This document shows, piece after piece, positions 1 to 12,399 of a stretch of 64,000 nt of DNA. The position numbers and the translations under genes were made by a program. This DNA comes from Macrostomum hystrix (taxonomy: Eukaryota > Animalia > Platyhelminthes). The notes beneath the pieces are model-generated. The model saw only the letters and a program-made list of their open reading frames with translations, did not search any database and was not told the DNA's origin. The DNA is taken from assembly GCA_950097015.1 (NCBI GenBank), contig CATNEN010000002.1, forward strand, positions 744,001 to 808,000, written 5' to 3'. How positions within the stretch are numbered: the stretch's first letter is position 1; the number at the start of each line of letters is the position of its first letter.

Positions 1-115
1 AGGGGAGGGAGATAAGGGGAGGGAGATAAGGGGAGGGAGATAAGGGGAGGGAGATAAAGGGAGGGATTTAGGGAGAGGGAGATAGTGAGAATGAGATAAG
101 GAGAGAGAGATGCTA
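1..115. repeat. Purine-rich tandem repeat (14-bp unit aggggagggagata, degenerating)
   Basis: Direct tandem copies at the window start. Confidence 0.8.
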
Positions 116-565
116 AAAGGAGATGGAAAGAGGAAGATGAAATCGGGCAGATAAGGCGATGGATGGACAACAATGATTAAAACATGGATTACTTTGAAGT
201 GGATTCAGAACGCTAGTAAAAGTAGGAATGTACAATTAATAACATTGTGAATATATGACTTACGCCAGCTGTCAATCAAATTGCATTTCCGCATAATCCC
301 TTAATCTGTCTAGACGCATAAGCTCGATTTGAATTGCGGTCGAATTGGCATTCGGAAATGCTTGAGGAATGAATTCGCAGCAGATGCACTTATATCAGGG
401 TCTCTGATTAGTGTTCAAGTGGTCAGCACTGGAGATTTATTTTCACAATCAGTTCCCACACCGGAAGTGCTATCAAGACGGCTATCAAACAAGGCCGCTA
501 CTTCCTGTCAACAAAATATCTAATCAATTTTTTGTGTGAGTCCACTTTAGGAACTAAAAATATAA

Positions 566-705
566 CATTGAGGAGGTTGGCCCTCAAGGACGTAAATCAC
601 ACGACATGTCGCCATGCTTTCTCTACGCGGCTGGACTCGTGGTGGAATCGAACTCAGGGACCTCGGCGCGAGACGCGAACGCGTTAACCGCTTTGCCACC
701 GACCC
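566..705 (-). mobile_element. tRNA-derived SINE, 5' part
   Basis: Reverse complement reads GGGTCGGTGGCAAAGCGGTTAACGCG...GAGTTCGATTCC (Pol III A and B boxes), then body GAGGGCCAACCTCC shared with the copies at 35 kb and 46 kb. Confidence 0.75.
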
Positions 706-1189
706 AAACGTTCTTAGAATTCAAGTAGAAGTTCGTCATTCGTGTGGGCTACTCAAATTGGATAGTTCCCATTCGTCATTTATCCCCAGACCAGAACCGC
801 CGCCATTGGTTGGCTGGGTAGATGCAGTTGCTAAGCAAACCAACCTGATAAAAGTTGCTCCCAGCGCTGCAAACAAAGATTTGGCTGCCACACAAAAATT
901 CTCCCCCGCGTACTTCCGGCCCAGCAACAGAGCCGAGCCAAGCCGAGCAAATCAAACGACAGATAATTGACGAGTTCGCCATTGTCAGTCGGCGTCGACA
1001 GGTAAGGCCAAGCAGACTTGTGGAATTAACGATGGATAGGGCAAAAACACTGGGCCAACATGCTGGGAGAAAAGTTTTGGAAAGTACTTTAGGGAAAGGA
1101 GAATTAAGAGGGGATGGATTAGAAAGGAATAAAGAGAAGTGAGAGTAGGAAGATGTGAAATGAGTGGAAGAAATGAGAGAATAGGAGAG

Positions 1190-2270
1190 GGGAGAATGGG
1201 AGAGGGGAGAATGGGAGAGGGAAGAATGGAAGAGGGGAGAATGGAAGAGGGAATAATGGGAGAGGGGAGAATGGGAGAGGGGAGAATTGTAGAGCAGAGG
1301 ATGGAAGTGGGGATAATTGGAAAGGGGAGAATAGGAGAGGGGAGAATGGGAGAGGGGAGAATAGGAGAGGGGAGAATGGGAGAGGGAGAATGGGAGAGGG
1401 AAAAATTGGGAAGGGGAGAATGGGGAGGGGAGAATGGAAGAGGGAAGAATGGAAGAGGGAATAATGGGAGAGGGGAGAATGGGAGAGGGGAGAATTGTAG
1501 AGCAGAGGATGGAAGTGGGGATAATTGGAAAGGGGAGAATAGGAGAGGGGAGAATGGGATGGGAGAGGGGAGAATGTGAGAGGGGAGAATGGGAAAGGGG
1601 AGAATGGAAGTGGCGAGAATGGGAGAGGGAAGAATTGAGAAGGCGAGAATGGGAGAGGGAAGAATTGAGAAGGCGAGAATGGGAGAGGGAAGAATGGGAG
1701 AGGGGAGAATGGAAGAGGGAAGAATGGAAGAGGGGAGAATGGAAGAGGGGAGAATGGGAGAGGGGAGAATGGGAGAGGGAGAATGGGAGAGGGAAAAATT
1801 GGGAAGGGGAGAATGGGGAGGGGAGAATGGAAGAGGGAAGAATGGAAGAAGGAATAATGGGAGAGGGGAGAATGGGAGAGGGGAGAATAGTAGAGCAGAG
1901 GATGGAAGTGGGGATAATTGGAAAGGGGAGAATAGGAGAGGGGAGAATGGGATGGGAGAGGGGAGAATGTGAGAGGGGAGAATGGGAAAGGGGGGAATGG
2001 AAGTGGCGAGAATGGGAGAGGGAAGAATTGAGAAGGCGAGAATGGGAGAGGGAAGAATTGAGAAGGCGAGAATGGGAGAGGGAAGAATGGGAGAGGGGAG
2101 AATGGAAGAGGGAAGAATGGAAGAGGGGAGAATGGAAGAGGGGAGAATGGGAGAGGGGAGAATAGTAGAGCAGAGGATGGAAGAGGGGAGAATTGGAGAG
2201 GGGAGAATGGGAGAGGGAAGAATGGGAGAGGGGAAAACTGGAAAGGGGAGAATGAAAGAGGAAGAATGAG
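1190..2270. repeat. 15-bp purine minisatellite (atgggagaggggaga) with higher-order block duplication
   Basis: Tandem units; variant blocks such as agcagaggatggaagtggggataattgg recur near 1292, 1501 and 1894. Confidence 0.9.
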
Positions 2271-2484
2271 AATGGGAGACGGAAGAAATATGATGGGAGA
2301 AAATTGGAAGATAGGAGGAGATGATGAATTGGAAAAAGAGGAGAGAAGAGAGGATAGAATGGTAATAAATGAGAGGTTAGTCAAAGGAGCAAATGATTAT
2401 GCCGGTAGAAATTTTGCCAGCAAGGTTTACTGCTGATTCGATCGTATTTTCCAAGCGAAAGAAGAAAATGGGACAACAGATATG

Positions 2485-3062
2485 GAGAGGGGACAGGAGA
2501 TGAGGACTGGGGACAGGAGATAAGGACTGGGGATAGGAGATAAGGACTGGGGACAGGAGATAAGGAGACGGGACAGGAGATAAGGAGACGGGACAGGAGA
2601 TAAGGAGAGGGGACAGGAGATTAGGAGACGGGACAGGAGATAAGGAGACGGGACAGGAGATAAGGAGACGTGACAGGAGATAAGGAGACGGGACAGGAGA
2701 TAAGGAGAGGGGACAGGAGATAAGTACTGGGGACAGGAGATAAGGACTGGGGACAGGAGATAAGGAGACGGGACAGGAGATAAGGACTGGGGACAGGAGA
2801 TAAGGAGAGGGGACAGGAGATAAGGACTGGGGACAGGAGATAAGGACTGGGGACAGGAGATAAGGAGACGGGACAGGAGATAAGGAGAGGGGACAGGAGA
2901 TAAGTACTGGGGACAGGAGATAAGTACTGGGGACAGGAGATAAGGAGACGGGACAGGAGATAAGGACTGGGGACAGGAGATAAGGAGAGGGGACAGGAGA
3001 TAAGGACTGGGGACAGGAGATAAGGACTGGGGACAAGAGATAAGGAGAAGGGACAGGAGATG
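2485..3062. repeat. 20-bp minisatellite (ggggacaggagataaggact/gaga)
   Basis: About 28 tandem copies. Confidence 0.9.
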
Positions 3063-3769
3063 AGGTGTTAAGGGGCATGGGATAAGGAGAAGGGAGACAG
3101 GGAGAGGGAGGTAGTGAGAGAGATTCGGAGAGTGAGACAGGGAGAGAGAGATAATGAAAGGGAGATAAGGAGAAGGGAGACAGAGAGAGGGAGGTAGTGA
3201 GAGAGATTCGGAGAGTGAGACAGGGAGGGAGAAATAATGAAAGGGAGATAAAGAGAAGGAGAGAGGGATAGGGAGATAGGGAAGAGGAGATAGAAGATAG
3301 AATAGAGATAGAAGGAGACTAAAAGTATCTTTTGAAGTAATGAGAATACAAGGTGATGATTTTTAGGCAAACATTTCTGGATTAAAAAACTGTCACGTGA
3401 CTGATGCCCAGTTTTTCTGTGAAATGCGCGACTCCAGAAAATGATTTTCTTCAAATCTTCTTTTTCGAATTTTCCCGGTAATGAAGCCTCAGAATGCCCA
3501 TACATTAGAACCTCGTCTCAACTAACATTCGAAACATCGCCTAGAAATTTTTTATGGGCGAAGATACGAAGACCCAAAACCAAACTGACTGACTTTCGCA
3601 TTCTCATCGATTGGAAGCCCAGCTGTTGAGTGATTCCGAAATGGAAAAGTACATTGATTGTCTATACTGGGTCATGCTGTTGCGTTTTCAATTAGAACTC
3701 GGTGGGAAATCATAGGACGACAAGCAGGGTAGAAATTACAGAATCAAGGGGGTAGATACGTAGCTGTAG

Positions 3770-4070
3770 GATCAGGGGATAGTCAGATGAAGGATCAGGG
3801 GTACACAGATGAAGGACCAGAGGGTACACAGATAAAGGACCAGGGGATAGTCAGATGAAGGACCAGGGGGTAGACAGATGAAGGACCAGAGGTAACACAG
3901 ATGAAGGACCCGGGAGAAGACAGATGAAGGACCAGAGGTAACACAGATTAAGGACCAGAGGTAACACAGATTAAGGACCAGAGGGTACACAGATGAAGGA
4001 CCAGAGGGTACACAGATAAACGACCAGAGGGTACACAGATGAAGGATCAGAGGTAGACAGCTGAAGAATC
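3770..4070. repeat. ~23-bp minisatellite (cagatgaaggaccagagggtaca)
   Basis: About 12 degenerate tandem copies. Confidence 0.85.
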
Positions 4071-4513
4071 TGGGGTTGAACAGTCGGTAAACAGTGACTT
4101 AACAGTCTTACAGACATAATTGCATCGTCCAATCACTAAAATGTTTTGACTGACAGCTAAAATCTATGCTTGGCAGTTAGCTGTTGCACATTCTGACAAT
4201 ACACCGTAGTCACTATTATATATGAAGATGCTAAATTCGTGTCTTCGCCCAGTTGAATGTGGTCTAGTTCCAGAATGCACCTCCAATTAAGTCTTTGTCC
4301 TGAAAGACTTACCTGAGAAAAACCTATTGTGTTCTATTCAGAGCAGGTTCATTGTGCCAGGCTATAGCTTTGTTCCAACTTAGAAACAGGATTTAAAAGT
4401 ACTTTAGCAGATTCCGTCTAGCTAGCAGCGGACAGCAGAACTTAGCTATTAGTGTGTGTATCCACCTGTATCCACCGATAATCACTATCTGCATTGCATT
4501 GATTGCTTTCCAG

Positions 4514-5140
4514 AAGCGAATTTCGGAGGTTTCAGAACAGACCAGCTCAGCTGGCCAGGCTGCTGAGATCGAGGGTGCTGACGCCATCGAACTCAGCGTG
4601 ATGCTCACTCCCAGCATGACGGACTGCGATTCGCAGTCGCGTCCCAACCGCATCAACTCGCTGGCCAGTGAGCACCTGACTCAGGCCCGACAGGACTTGG
4701 CCGAGCGCACGCGGAAGCGGCCCCACATCAAGACCGCCAAGGTGCTCGGCGTCATCACCTTCTTCTACGTGTTGTCCTACCTGCCATTCTTTCTAGTTTA
4801 CAACTTTAACAAATCGGTGAGCGAAGGCGTCACGGGCCGTTGGATGGTAGAGACGGGCAACTTCTCGGCAGGCAAGTCCATCGACGCCTGGCCAGAGAGG
4901 CACAACAGCAGCGCGTGGGCATTCAGCTTCGACTCAGCTGTCGCCGGCGATGATGTGAGCGGTGGCGTCGGTGGCGGCAGTGACAGTGAAGCGTCGGTCT
5001 ATCACCAGGCGGTGAAGGTGATGTTCTATTTTTACTTCATCAATCATGGAGCCAATCCGCTGATCTATGGCTGCATGAACACCTATTTCAAGCAGCAGGT
5101 GTGCGCCCTCATTGGCTCGCTGAGGTGTCGAAGGAGGTGA
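4514..5140 (+). CDS. Terminal exon of a rhodopsin-like (class A) GPCR: ICL3, TM6, long ECL3, TM7
   Basis: Acceptor gctttccag at 4513; KTAKVLGVITFFYVLSYLPFFLV (TM6); FINHGANPLIYGCMNTYFKQQV (NPxxY plus helix 8); upstream exons not located. Confidence 0.85.
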   Translation, partial: KRISEVSEQTSSAGQAAEIEGADAIELSVMLTPSMTDCDSQSRPNRINSLASEHLTQARQDLAERTRKRPHIKTAKVLGVITFFYVLSYLPFFLVYNFNKSVSEGVTGRWMVETGNFSAGKSIDAWPERHNSSAWAFSFDSAVAGDDVSGGVGGGSDSEASVYHQAVKVMFYFYFINHGANPLIYGCMNTYFKQQVCALIGSLRCRRR

Positions 5141-5737
5141 AAAAATAAGGAACTCGGAATTAGCTTTCATTCCTGTGAATCTTTGCTTGAAACACTTTTC
5201 TTTTCCAACTGTACTTGAATATTTTATAAGTTTTGCTTCATGCTAAAATCGTCTTTTTGTCGAGCTGAAGCGAAATACGAGTAAATACGAGTAAATACGA
5301 GTTTGATAAAAATAGTCTTCATAAAGTGATTCGTATTTTGAGACTAGGGGTCAAGAGATTTCTGTGAATATTTATTTTTTCATTTAAACAAAGCCATTTT
5401 TGTAGTGCACGAGCGCAATTGTCTAGGCCATGGAGGTAGCAAACTAAATTTCAGAGTCAATTGTTTTGGCTGGCTCAATTGTCGTGTTTTTCTATTCTAG
5501 AAATCCTGTTTTGTTACTGTTTGAAGCAAACGCGGAAAACGAAAAAAGTCGACAAGTAAAACTAAAGAAACCGGACCTCACAAATTCAAACAGAAGTGAT
5601 TATTTATATTTTTTGTTTTGTTACTACATTGTCTTTGTTTTACTGCATAGTGGCGATATAAATGCAGCTTTTCATCGGTTTAAATGAATAACAGTGTTTT
5701 GATTGCTTGTCAGCGAAACCGTCTCTCTCAATTAATT

Positions 5738-5812
5738 TGGCCTCGCTGCGGGTGGATTCGAACTCAGGAACCTTGGTGCGAGAGGCAGACGCGTTAACCA
5801 CCGCGCCACTCA
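5738..5812 (-). mobile_element. SINE tRNA head fragment
   Basis: tggcctcgc...ggattcgaactcaggaaccttggtgcgagaggcagacgcgttaacc matches the family head. Confidence 0.7.
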
Positions 5813-6296
5813 CTCCGCCTAAAATTAGATTAAAAACATTGGGAATCAGATTTTAAACTATAGGATAATAACACCAATTAGGGTATTTCAGCTGGTAAAT
5901 TAGAAAATTAATGATTTAATTAAGACCTTCTTATAGTCTCATTAAGGTGTAAAATATGCCAATGAATGAAATATCACAGTTACACTGACATCTATGCAAC
6001 CATGCCAGTAACTTTCTCCATGGAACACAAATGCATGTAGGAACTCAAGCTTGTTAACAGTAGAGAGACTAAGGGGCCATTATAAATACCAAATCTTTTT
6101 GTGTATTTTCTGAAATATTCAACCAATCGCCTATGAACACGGGCTCTATCCGATGAAACAACTTCCAGAATCACAAATCATCGGCATCGTCGATATATTC
6201 AACGATTCTCGTCGGGGTGTCTCGTGGCAAAGACCGCCAATAAAGCCAAAAATTTTCTGCTCACAAAATTTTATCATGTAACCATGCCGGCTTAAA

Positions 6297-6416
6297 GGGG
6301 GTCCGTGGCAGAGCAGGTTATCGCGTTTGCCTCTCGCACCAAGGTCCCTAAGTTCGATTCCACGGCGAGGCCACATTTATTTGGGGCGCAGCCGCGGAGA
6401 GAAGGCTTGGGGGCTC
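6297..6416 (+). mobile_element. tRNA-derived SINE 5' part, running directly into the CT tract
   Basis: GGTCCGTGGCAGAGCAGGTTATCGCG (A box), AAGTTCGATTCC (B box), gaggccacatttatttggggcgcagccgcggagagaagg. Confidence 0.8.
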
Positions 6417-6422
6417 GGCGTG

Positions 6423-7432
6423 CTGCCTCCTCCTTCCTCCTTCCTCCTTCTTCCTCCTCCTCCTTCCTTCCTTCTCCTCCCTCCTTCCTCCTTCCTCCTT
6501 CCTCCTTCCTCCTCCTTCCTTCTCCTCCCTCCTTCCTCCTTCCTCCTTCCTCCTTCTCCTCCCTCCATCCTCCTTCCTCCTTCCTCCTTCCTCCTTCCTT
6601 CCTTCTCCTTCCTCCTTCATCCTCCTTCCTCCTCCTCCCTCGTTCTTCCTTACTTCCTTCTCCTTCCTCCTTCCTCCTTCCTCCTTCCTCCTCCTTCCTC
6701 CTTCCTCCTTCCTCCTCCTTCCTCCTTCCTCCTTCCTCCTTCCTCCTTCCTCCTCCTTCCTTCTCCTCCCTCCTTCCTCCTTCCTCCTTCCTCCTTCCTC
6801 CTTCTCCTCCCTCCTTCCTCCTTCCTCCTCCTTCCTTCTCCTCCCTCCTTCCTCCTTCCTCCTTCCTCCTTCTCCTCCCTCCTTCCTCCTTCCTCCTCCT
6901 TCCTTCTCCTCCCTCCTTCCTCCTTCCTCCTCCTTCCTTCTCCTCCCTCCTTCCTCCTTCCTCCTTCCTCCTTCTCCTCCCTCCTTCCTCCTTCCTCCTC
7001 CTTCCTTCTCCTCCCTCCTTTCTCCTTCCTCCATCCTCCTTCCTCCTCCTCCCTCGTTCTTCCTTACTTCCTTCTCCTTCCTCCTTCCTCCTTCCTCCTT
7101 CCTCCTCCTTCCTCCTTCATCCTTCATCCTCCTTCCTCCTTCCTCCCTCCTCCTCCTTCCTCCCTCCTCCTCCTTCATCCCTCCTCCTTCCTCCTTCCTC
7201 CTTCCTTCCTCCTCCTTCCTCCTTCCTCCTTCCTCCTTCCTCCTTCCTCCTTCCTTCCTTCCTCCTTCTTCTTTCTTCCTCCTTCCTCCTTCTTTCCTTC
7301 CTCCTTCCTCCTCCTTCCTCCTTCCTTCTTCCTCCTTCCTCCTTCCTTCCTTTCTTCTCCTTCCTCCTTCCTACTCCTTCCTCCCTTCTTTCTCCTTCCT
7401 CCTTCCTCCTCCTTCTTCCTCCTCCTTCCGCC
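6423..7432. repeat. Polypyrimidine (CCT/CCTT) low-complexity tract
   Basis: About 1 kb almost free of A and G on the + strand. Confidence 0.95.
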
Positions 7433-7659
7433 ATTCCAAAAACATTCCAAAAAAGAAAAAACAAAAAAAGGCTACAATGATGCGCTATATTGTCATATTT
7501 TATCATACCCATGCTTAATTACCACATACATTTATTGACATATTCAATCAAATACTTTAAATTGTTAAATTGTCTCCTTAAAACGCATAAACAAAAGAGC
7601 CTATTCACCGAACCACTCCTGCAAAGTCTCTGCTTCATCTACGCTCACTCACTGACGAC

Positions 7660-9279
7660 TCACTCCATATTCAGCACCACCAGTCGCATGTTCATATTGT
7701 CAGCCACCACCAGCTGCTCGCGCGCGCCTCCCGTCACCACCGCCAGACCAAATGGATGTCTGAATCTGCCGACACCGCTGCCGCTCTCGCCCGGCACCCC
7801 CAGAGTCCACAGCAGCGACCCGTCGTCTGCAGCCACTGCTCGCACTGAGTGACCCCTCCACTCACTCACGAACAGGCGGCCTCTCCTGTCCACGGCCACA
7901 CCCATTAGCCAAGCTAACTCTTTGAGGCCGCAACGCTCAGTCGGGTGCGAGGCGACCACCTGCTGGGTGCCAATGCGCACTCTGTGCACCTGCTTCTGCT
8001 TCCTGTCTGTCACCAGAATGCAGTTGTCGTGAACCGCCATGTTTCTAAGCATAGCAAAAGGAAACTCAGTCAGCGTGATGATCGTCTCCATCTCGCCAGT
8101 CGCTTTGCTGAATGCAACAATTTTGTTGCCACCAGACACAAACACGGAGGCTGCGTTGCTGCCGATTCCACCTATGTCACCGAAGCTAACGATTTGTGGT
8201 TCGATTCGACGCACCTTTCGACCGCTCAGGTCCGTCACTGTCACTGCGTCAGATTGAGCAATGAACAGCAGCTGACGGTCACAGTGAAGACCGCAGGTGT
8301 ACTTCTTTCGGTCGATGTCACAGTGGCACCGCAGATTCTTCGAGCCGTCCACAGACACCACCTGAAGGTGGTCCTTGTCATTACTTGCTGAAAATGATGC
8401 GAAGATGCAGGGCTGAGGCAGAGCCTCACCGCCGTCACTCGCTGACTCGGCGGCCACCACACGGCCTGAGCGGTCACCAACGAATCCGCTGGTGTCGCTG
8501 CACACCGCCAGCCACTGAACGAAGCCATCCAGCTTCACCTCGTGACTGTACACAATCGGATCGAACAATGCCTGTCTCGCCATCGCCATCGCCTTCATTG
8601 CGTCGTCGATCTCCTCGGGTGTCGCGCTGACCTCAGCGTCTCTCCAGCCCTCACCAGTCCACACGTTCACACGAGCCAACGCTCTGCCGAACTGCTCCGA
8701 CACCTGCCCCAGTCGCTCCAGCTGCTGCTCCGCTCCCAAGCTCTCCTCCAGCGACTTCTGCAGCCGATCAAAGTCCGCCTTCAAGTCATCGAGCGACAAC
8801 TCCATCGACATCGTCAGCTCGACAAGCTTCGACATCTCGCCTGCAGCCTCCGCCATCGACGTCTCCTGCCTGTAGCTTCTCACATCGTCCATGTCCCGCT
8901 GCCACACACGCGCTGTCTCAATCCGAGCTATCATCGGACCTGTCAGTCGATCTTCACTCGAATCCAGGTATATCCGCATTGTCTCATACAGCTGCTTCGC
9001 CCGTCGCAGCTGCTCCTCCATCTCGTGAATCCAATCTCCTCCACCACCTGCTGCACTGCCACCTGCAGCTTCGGCTTGTGGAAAGGCACGCAGCTTCTCA
9101 GCGACCTTCTCCTTCAGCTTGAGGGCATCCGCCACATCAACACTCAGGTGTTCCGAGCACAGGTAGCGCTCGGAGAACGGACCCAGGCCGACTGCAGCTT
9201 TTTGGCAGACGACGCAGATTGGGATCACTTCAGGAGGTCCTTCGGAACTCGAGCTGTCGCTGGAGTCTCCACGCTGCAT
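7660..9279 (-). CDS. TRIM-NHL-like protein: Cys/His zinc-binding N-terminus, coiled coil, NHL beta-propeller (539 aa, intronless ORF)
   Basis: CVVC..CSEH motif; helical heptad region; NHL repeats GVAVDRRGRLFVSEWRGHSV, FRHPFGLAV, VVADNMNMRLVV; AATAAA on the minus strand at 7531-7536. Confidence 0.8.
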   Translation of the reverse strand: MQRGDSSDSSSSEGPPEVIPICVVCQKAAVGLGPFSERYLCSEHLSVDVADALKLKEKVAEKLRAFPQAEAAGGSAAGGGGDWIHEMEEQLRRAKQLYETMRIYLDSSEDRLTGPMIARIETARVWQRDMDDVRSYRQETSMAEAAGEMSKLVELTMSMELSLDDLKADFDRLQKSLEESLGAEQQLERLGQVSEQFGRALARVNVWTGEGWRDAEVSATPEEIDDAMKAMAMARQALFDPIVYSHEVKLDGFVQWLAVCSDTSGFVGDRSGRVVAAESASDGGEALPQPCIFASFSASNDKDHLQVVSVDGSKNLRCHCDIDRKKYTCGLHCDRQLLFIAQSDAVTVTDLSGRKVRRIEPQIVSFGDIGGIGSNAASVFVSGGNKIVAFSKATGEMETIITLTEFPFAMLRNMAVHDNCILVTDRKQKQVHRVRIGTQQVVASHPTERCGLKELAWLMGVAVDRRGRLFVSEWRGHSVRAVAADDGSLLWTLGVPGESGSGVGRFRHPFGLAVVTGGAREQLVVADNMNMRLVVLNME

Positions 9280-10074
9280 TTTCAGATTCGAGGTCTAGAA
9301 AGCGAGTCGGAAAGAGGCCGTGAGAGTTGAAGACTGCTGCTGGAATCTGCCAGAACTCTAATATTATCTCAGTGTCAAAAATTCTCAACTTCAACTCGCT
9401 ACCTCAGAAAGCTGTGAAGCAGAAAAGTTGCAGAACTGCCGTAAGCAGGCCGATGCTGAGGCTCAGGTGAGAATGAGTTTCAATCAGACAGCAGTCGGAA
9501 GCTGTGCTCAAGAGTCTGAGATGACTCTCTTGTAAGCTAGGTGTCTCAGTTAAACTCTACTCTGTTGCTAAGCAACAGCAATAAGTTTGAGTCTGGTTGA
9601 CATATCAGAGAACAGAACAGAATGAGAACAGAATGAAATCCTTGGGCTGCTCTGCATCCCCAGCTCAGTGAATCGGCAAGAAACAGGGCGTTTGAAATCA
9701 GTTTTTGTTTATTCTCGGTCGAACGCGAATTCAAAATGCTTTCTGTGACTGCGTGCATTTCTCTGCGGCTGGGACAGAGAGGGCTGGCTCTGCGTAGCTG
9801 TGAGCACAGCTGGGCACCCACCTCTGCCTCCAACTGCTCACAATGGGAGCGTAGATTGGGCGTGTGTACTCAAATGCATTGTTTGTGCACTTAGCTGTGC
9901 CATCTTGAGCCCAAAGTACGACCCGAGACATTGTGGCTCTGCTTGTCAGACACTTTCTGACAGATCCGAGCTATTAGAGAGGCGATCGTCCTGTTAGAGT
10001 AAGGAAAAACAACAGACCAGCAGTTCAAGACGTTGGAAAATCTCATATTTACTTTTTTGTCTGATATTAGCCTC

Positions 10075-10190
10075 ATCAGCTCACATTAGCTTCATGAGCT
10101 CAAATTAGCTTCATCAGCTCACATAATCCTCATCAGCTCACAGTAGCTTCATCAGCTCACATTAGCTTCATGAGCTCACAGTAGCTTCAA
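10075..10190. repeat. ~19-bp tandem repeat (agcttcatcagctcacatt)
   Basis: About 6 degenerate copies. Confidence 0.75.
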
Positions 10191-10384
10191 CGCCACCTGC
10201 AGGCCAGAGAAGGACTTTGGCAGTGCCCTAAGTGCCCTATTCTTAGTCAATAACCTTTTTTATTCGCTTTTATGACTGTTTAACAAAATGTTTGTTGTTA
10301 ACAACAATATTGTTAGTAACAAAATTCTACCCGAGTACACCCGAGTCCACCAGATACACTCAACGTTTTCTTTCTGACCCTTCA

Positions 10385-10905
10385 ATGTTTCTTCCCCAAC
10401 CATGATCTCGTACCCAAATGTACATTCTATGCCTAAATATCTCGTCCACAAATGTACATTCTCCCCCAAAATGTCTCGTCCCTAAAAATATATTCAACCC
10501 CTCAAGATCTCCTCCCCAAATGTACATTCTACCCACAAATATCTCTTCCCCAAATGTACATTCTACCCCAAAAGATCTCTTCCCCAAATGTACGAGCTCG
10601 TACATTGTACCCATGAAGATCTCATCCCCAAAATGCATTCTACCCACAAACATCTCTTCCCCTAATGTACATTCTACCCAGAAATATCTCATCCCCAAAT
10701 GTACATTCTACCCACAAATATCTCTTCCCCAAATGTACATTGTACCCATGAAGATCTCATCCCCAAATATACATTCTACCCACAAATATCTCTTCCCCAA
10801 ATGTGCATTCTACCCCTCAAGATCCCCTCCCCAAATGTACATTCTACCCAGAAATATCTCATCCCCAAATGTACATTCTACCCCCAAAGATCTCTTCCCC
10901 AAGGT
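10385..10905. repeat. ~33-35-bp minisatellite (ccccaaatgtacattctacccacaaatatctctt)
   Basis: About 15 degenerate copies. Confidence 0.85.
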
Positions 10906-11334
10906 GCGGTTTAAGTATAAATCATCATTTTGCAACACTCTAATTTCAACAACAAATGTTGTGAATCTGCATTCTATACATATAAGCATGTTTATTAGGC
11001 CACAGTCACGTACAGCAGACAGCAGCAATTCCATTGATTTCCTCCTCATCAGTGTATTAGTGCACCGGGGGTTACAGGGCAAAGTCGGGAGATTCGGCCG
11101 AACGAGGTCGCCCTTGATTTCCCGACACCGAAGTGATTTATTATCCGACTCCCAACGCAACCACCAAAAATATTCGAGTCCCAATGCGAAGGAGACATGA
11201 GACCATTTCTTTTTCCCTGTGGTCACGTTCCCAACGGGAGTTCTGTTAGGGATAAAATAGAAACACAGAGAGATCAATACAAACACATCCCCAACAGCGC
11301 AATCTGAAGCTTGATTTGGGATTTATTGCCCAAG

Positions 11335-11925
11335 CAATCCTTCAGTGTTCTACTCCCCCCTGATCCTTCAGTCTTCTACTCCCCCTGATCCTTCAGTGTT
11401 CTACTCCCCCTGATCCTTCAGTGTTCTACTCCCCCTGATCCTTCAGTCTTCTACTCCCCCTGATCCTTCAGTGTTCTACGCCCCCCTGATCCTTCAGTGT
11501 TCTACTCCCCCTGATCCTTCAGTGTTCTACTCCCCCTGATCCTTCAGTGTTCTACTCCCCCTGATCCTTCAGTGTTCTACTCCCCCGGATCCTTCAGTGT
11601 TCTACTCCCCCTGATCCTTCAGGGTTCTACTCCCCCTGATCCTTCAGTGTTCTACTCCCCCTGATCCTTCAGTGTTCTACTCCCCCTGATCCTTCAGTGT
11701 TCTACTCCCCCGGATCCTTCAGTGTTCTACGCCCCCCTGATCCTTCAGTGTTCTACTCCCCCTGATCCTTCAGTGTTCTACTCCCCCTGATCCCTGATCC
11801 TTCAGTGTTCTACTCCCCCCGGATCCTTCAGTGTTCTACTCCCCCCGGATCCTTCAGTGTTCTACTCCCCCCTGATCCTTCAGTGTTCTACTCCCCCTGA
11901 TCCATCAATGTTCTACTCCCCCCTG
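11335..11925. repeat. 25-bp minisatellite (tgatccttcagtgttctactccccc)
   Basis: About 22 near-identical copies. Confidence 0.95.
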
Positions 11926-12399
11926 ATGCATGTCACATCGTAGAAATTGTGTGCAATTTAAAGTATGACATGTCATTATTAGTTTGTTTACAAAACGTGA
12001 TAAATTTGTAATAAATCAATCCCACTGGCCAGCTGAGTCCTGCTCAAGATGCTCAAGTGCAAAGACTCGGGCAAGAATCTGTCTTCCCGCGGATCAGCTA
12101 AGAATGTCTCTCGCCGAAACAGCAGCTGCAAAATTTGGGGATAATTACGCTTCTGAAATTTCCTTCCAGCTCTCCGGATTGCCACCTGGAGTAAGACGTA
12201 GCTTCAGAGATTCGTCGAACGTGCCGTCATCGACTTGTTTCAAGCCCTCCTGTCTGATCGTGTTTTTGGTTGACTAGGCATCTGTAATTCAGCTTTTAAG
12301 CCGAACTCGAAAATATATTTTCCCAGTTGATTGAGGCAAAGTAGAACTATGTGAATCTGAATGAGGTCGAAAGTTGGATGGATAATATTTATTTCTTCT

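Larger units (their letters stand above)
6120..9900. repeat. Segmental duplication copy A (paralogous to ~27301-31650)
   Basis: Colinear similarity: ccaatcgc(c)tatgaacacgggctc start, SINE head, CT tract, 3' flank, NHL gene, upstream region. Confidence 0.9.

Noticed and set aside
736-1005. Possible exon(s), including a cag|gtaagg donor at about 1000 that might belong to the GPCR
   Set aside because: No frame gives a recognisable GPCR segment or other motif.
6297-6365. Functional tRNA gene
   Set aside because: A and B boxes are present, but there is no acceptor-stem pairing or T-run terminator, and the sequence continues into a repeated SINE body.
10810-12277. Coding-looking minus-strand stretches (11000-11230 and 12030-12280)
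   Set aside because: They are moderately GC-rich, but I found no recognisable domain, one candidate frame has a stop, and I could not build a splice model.
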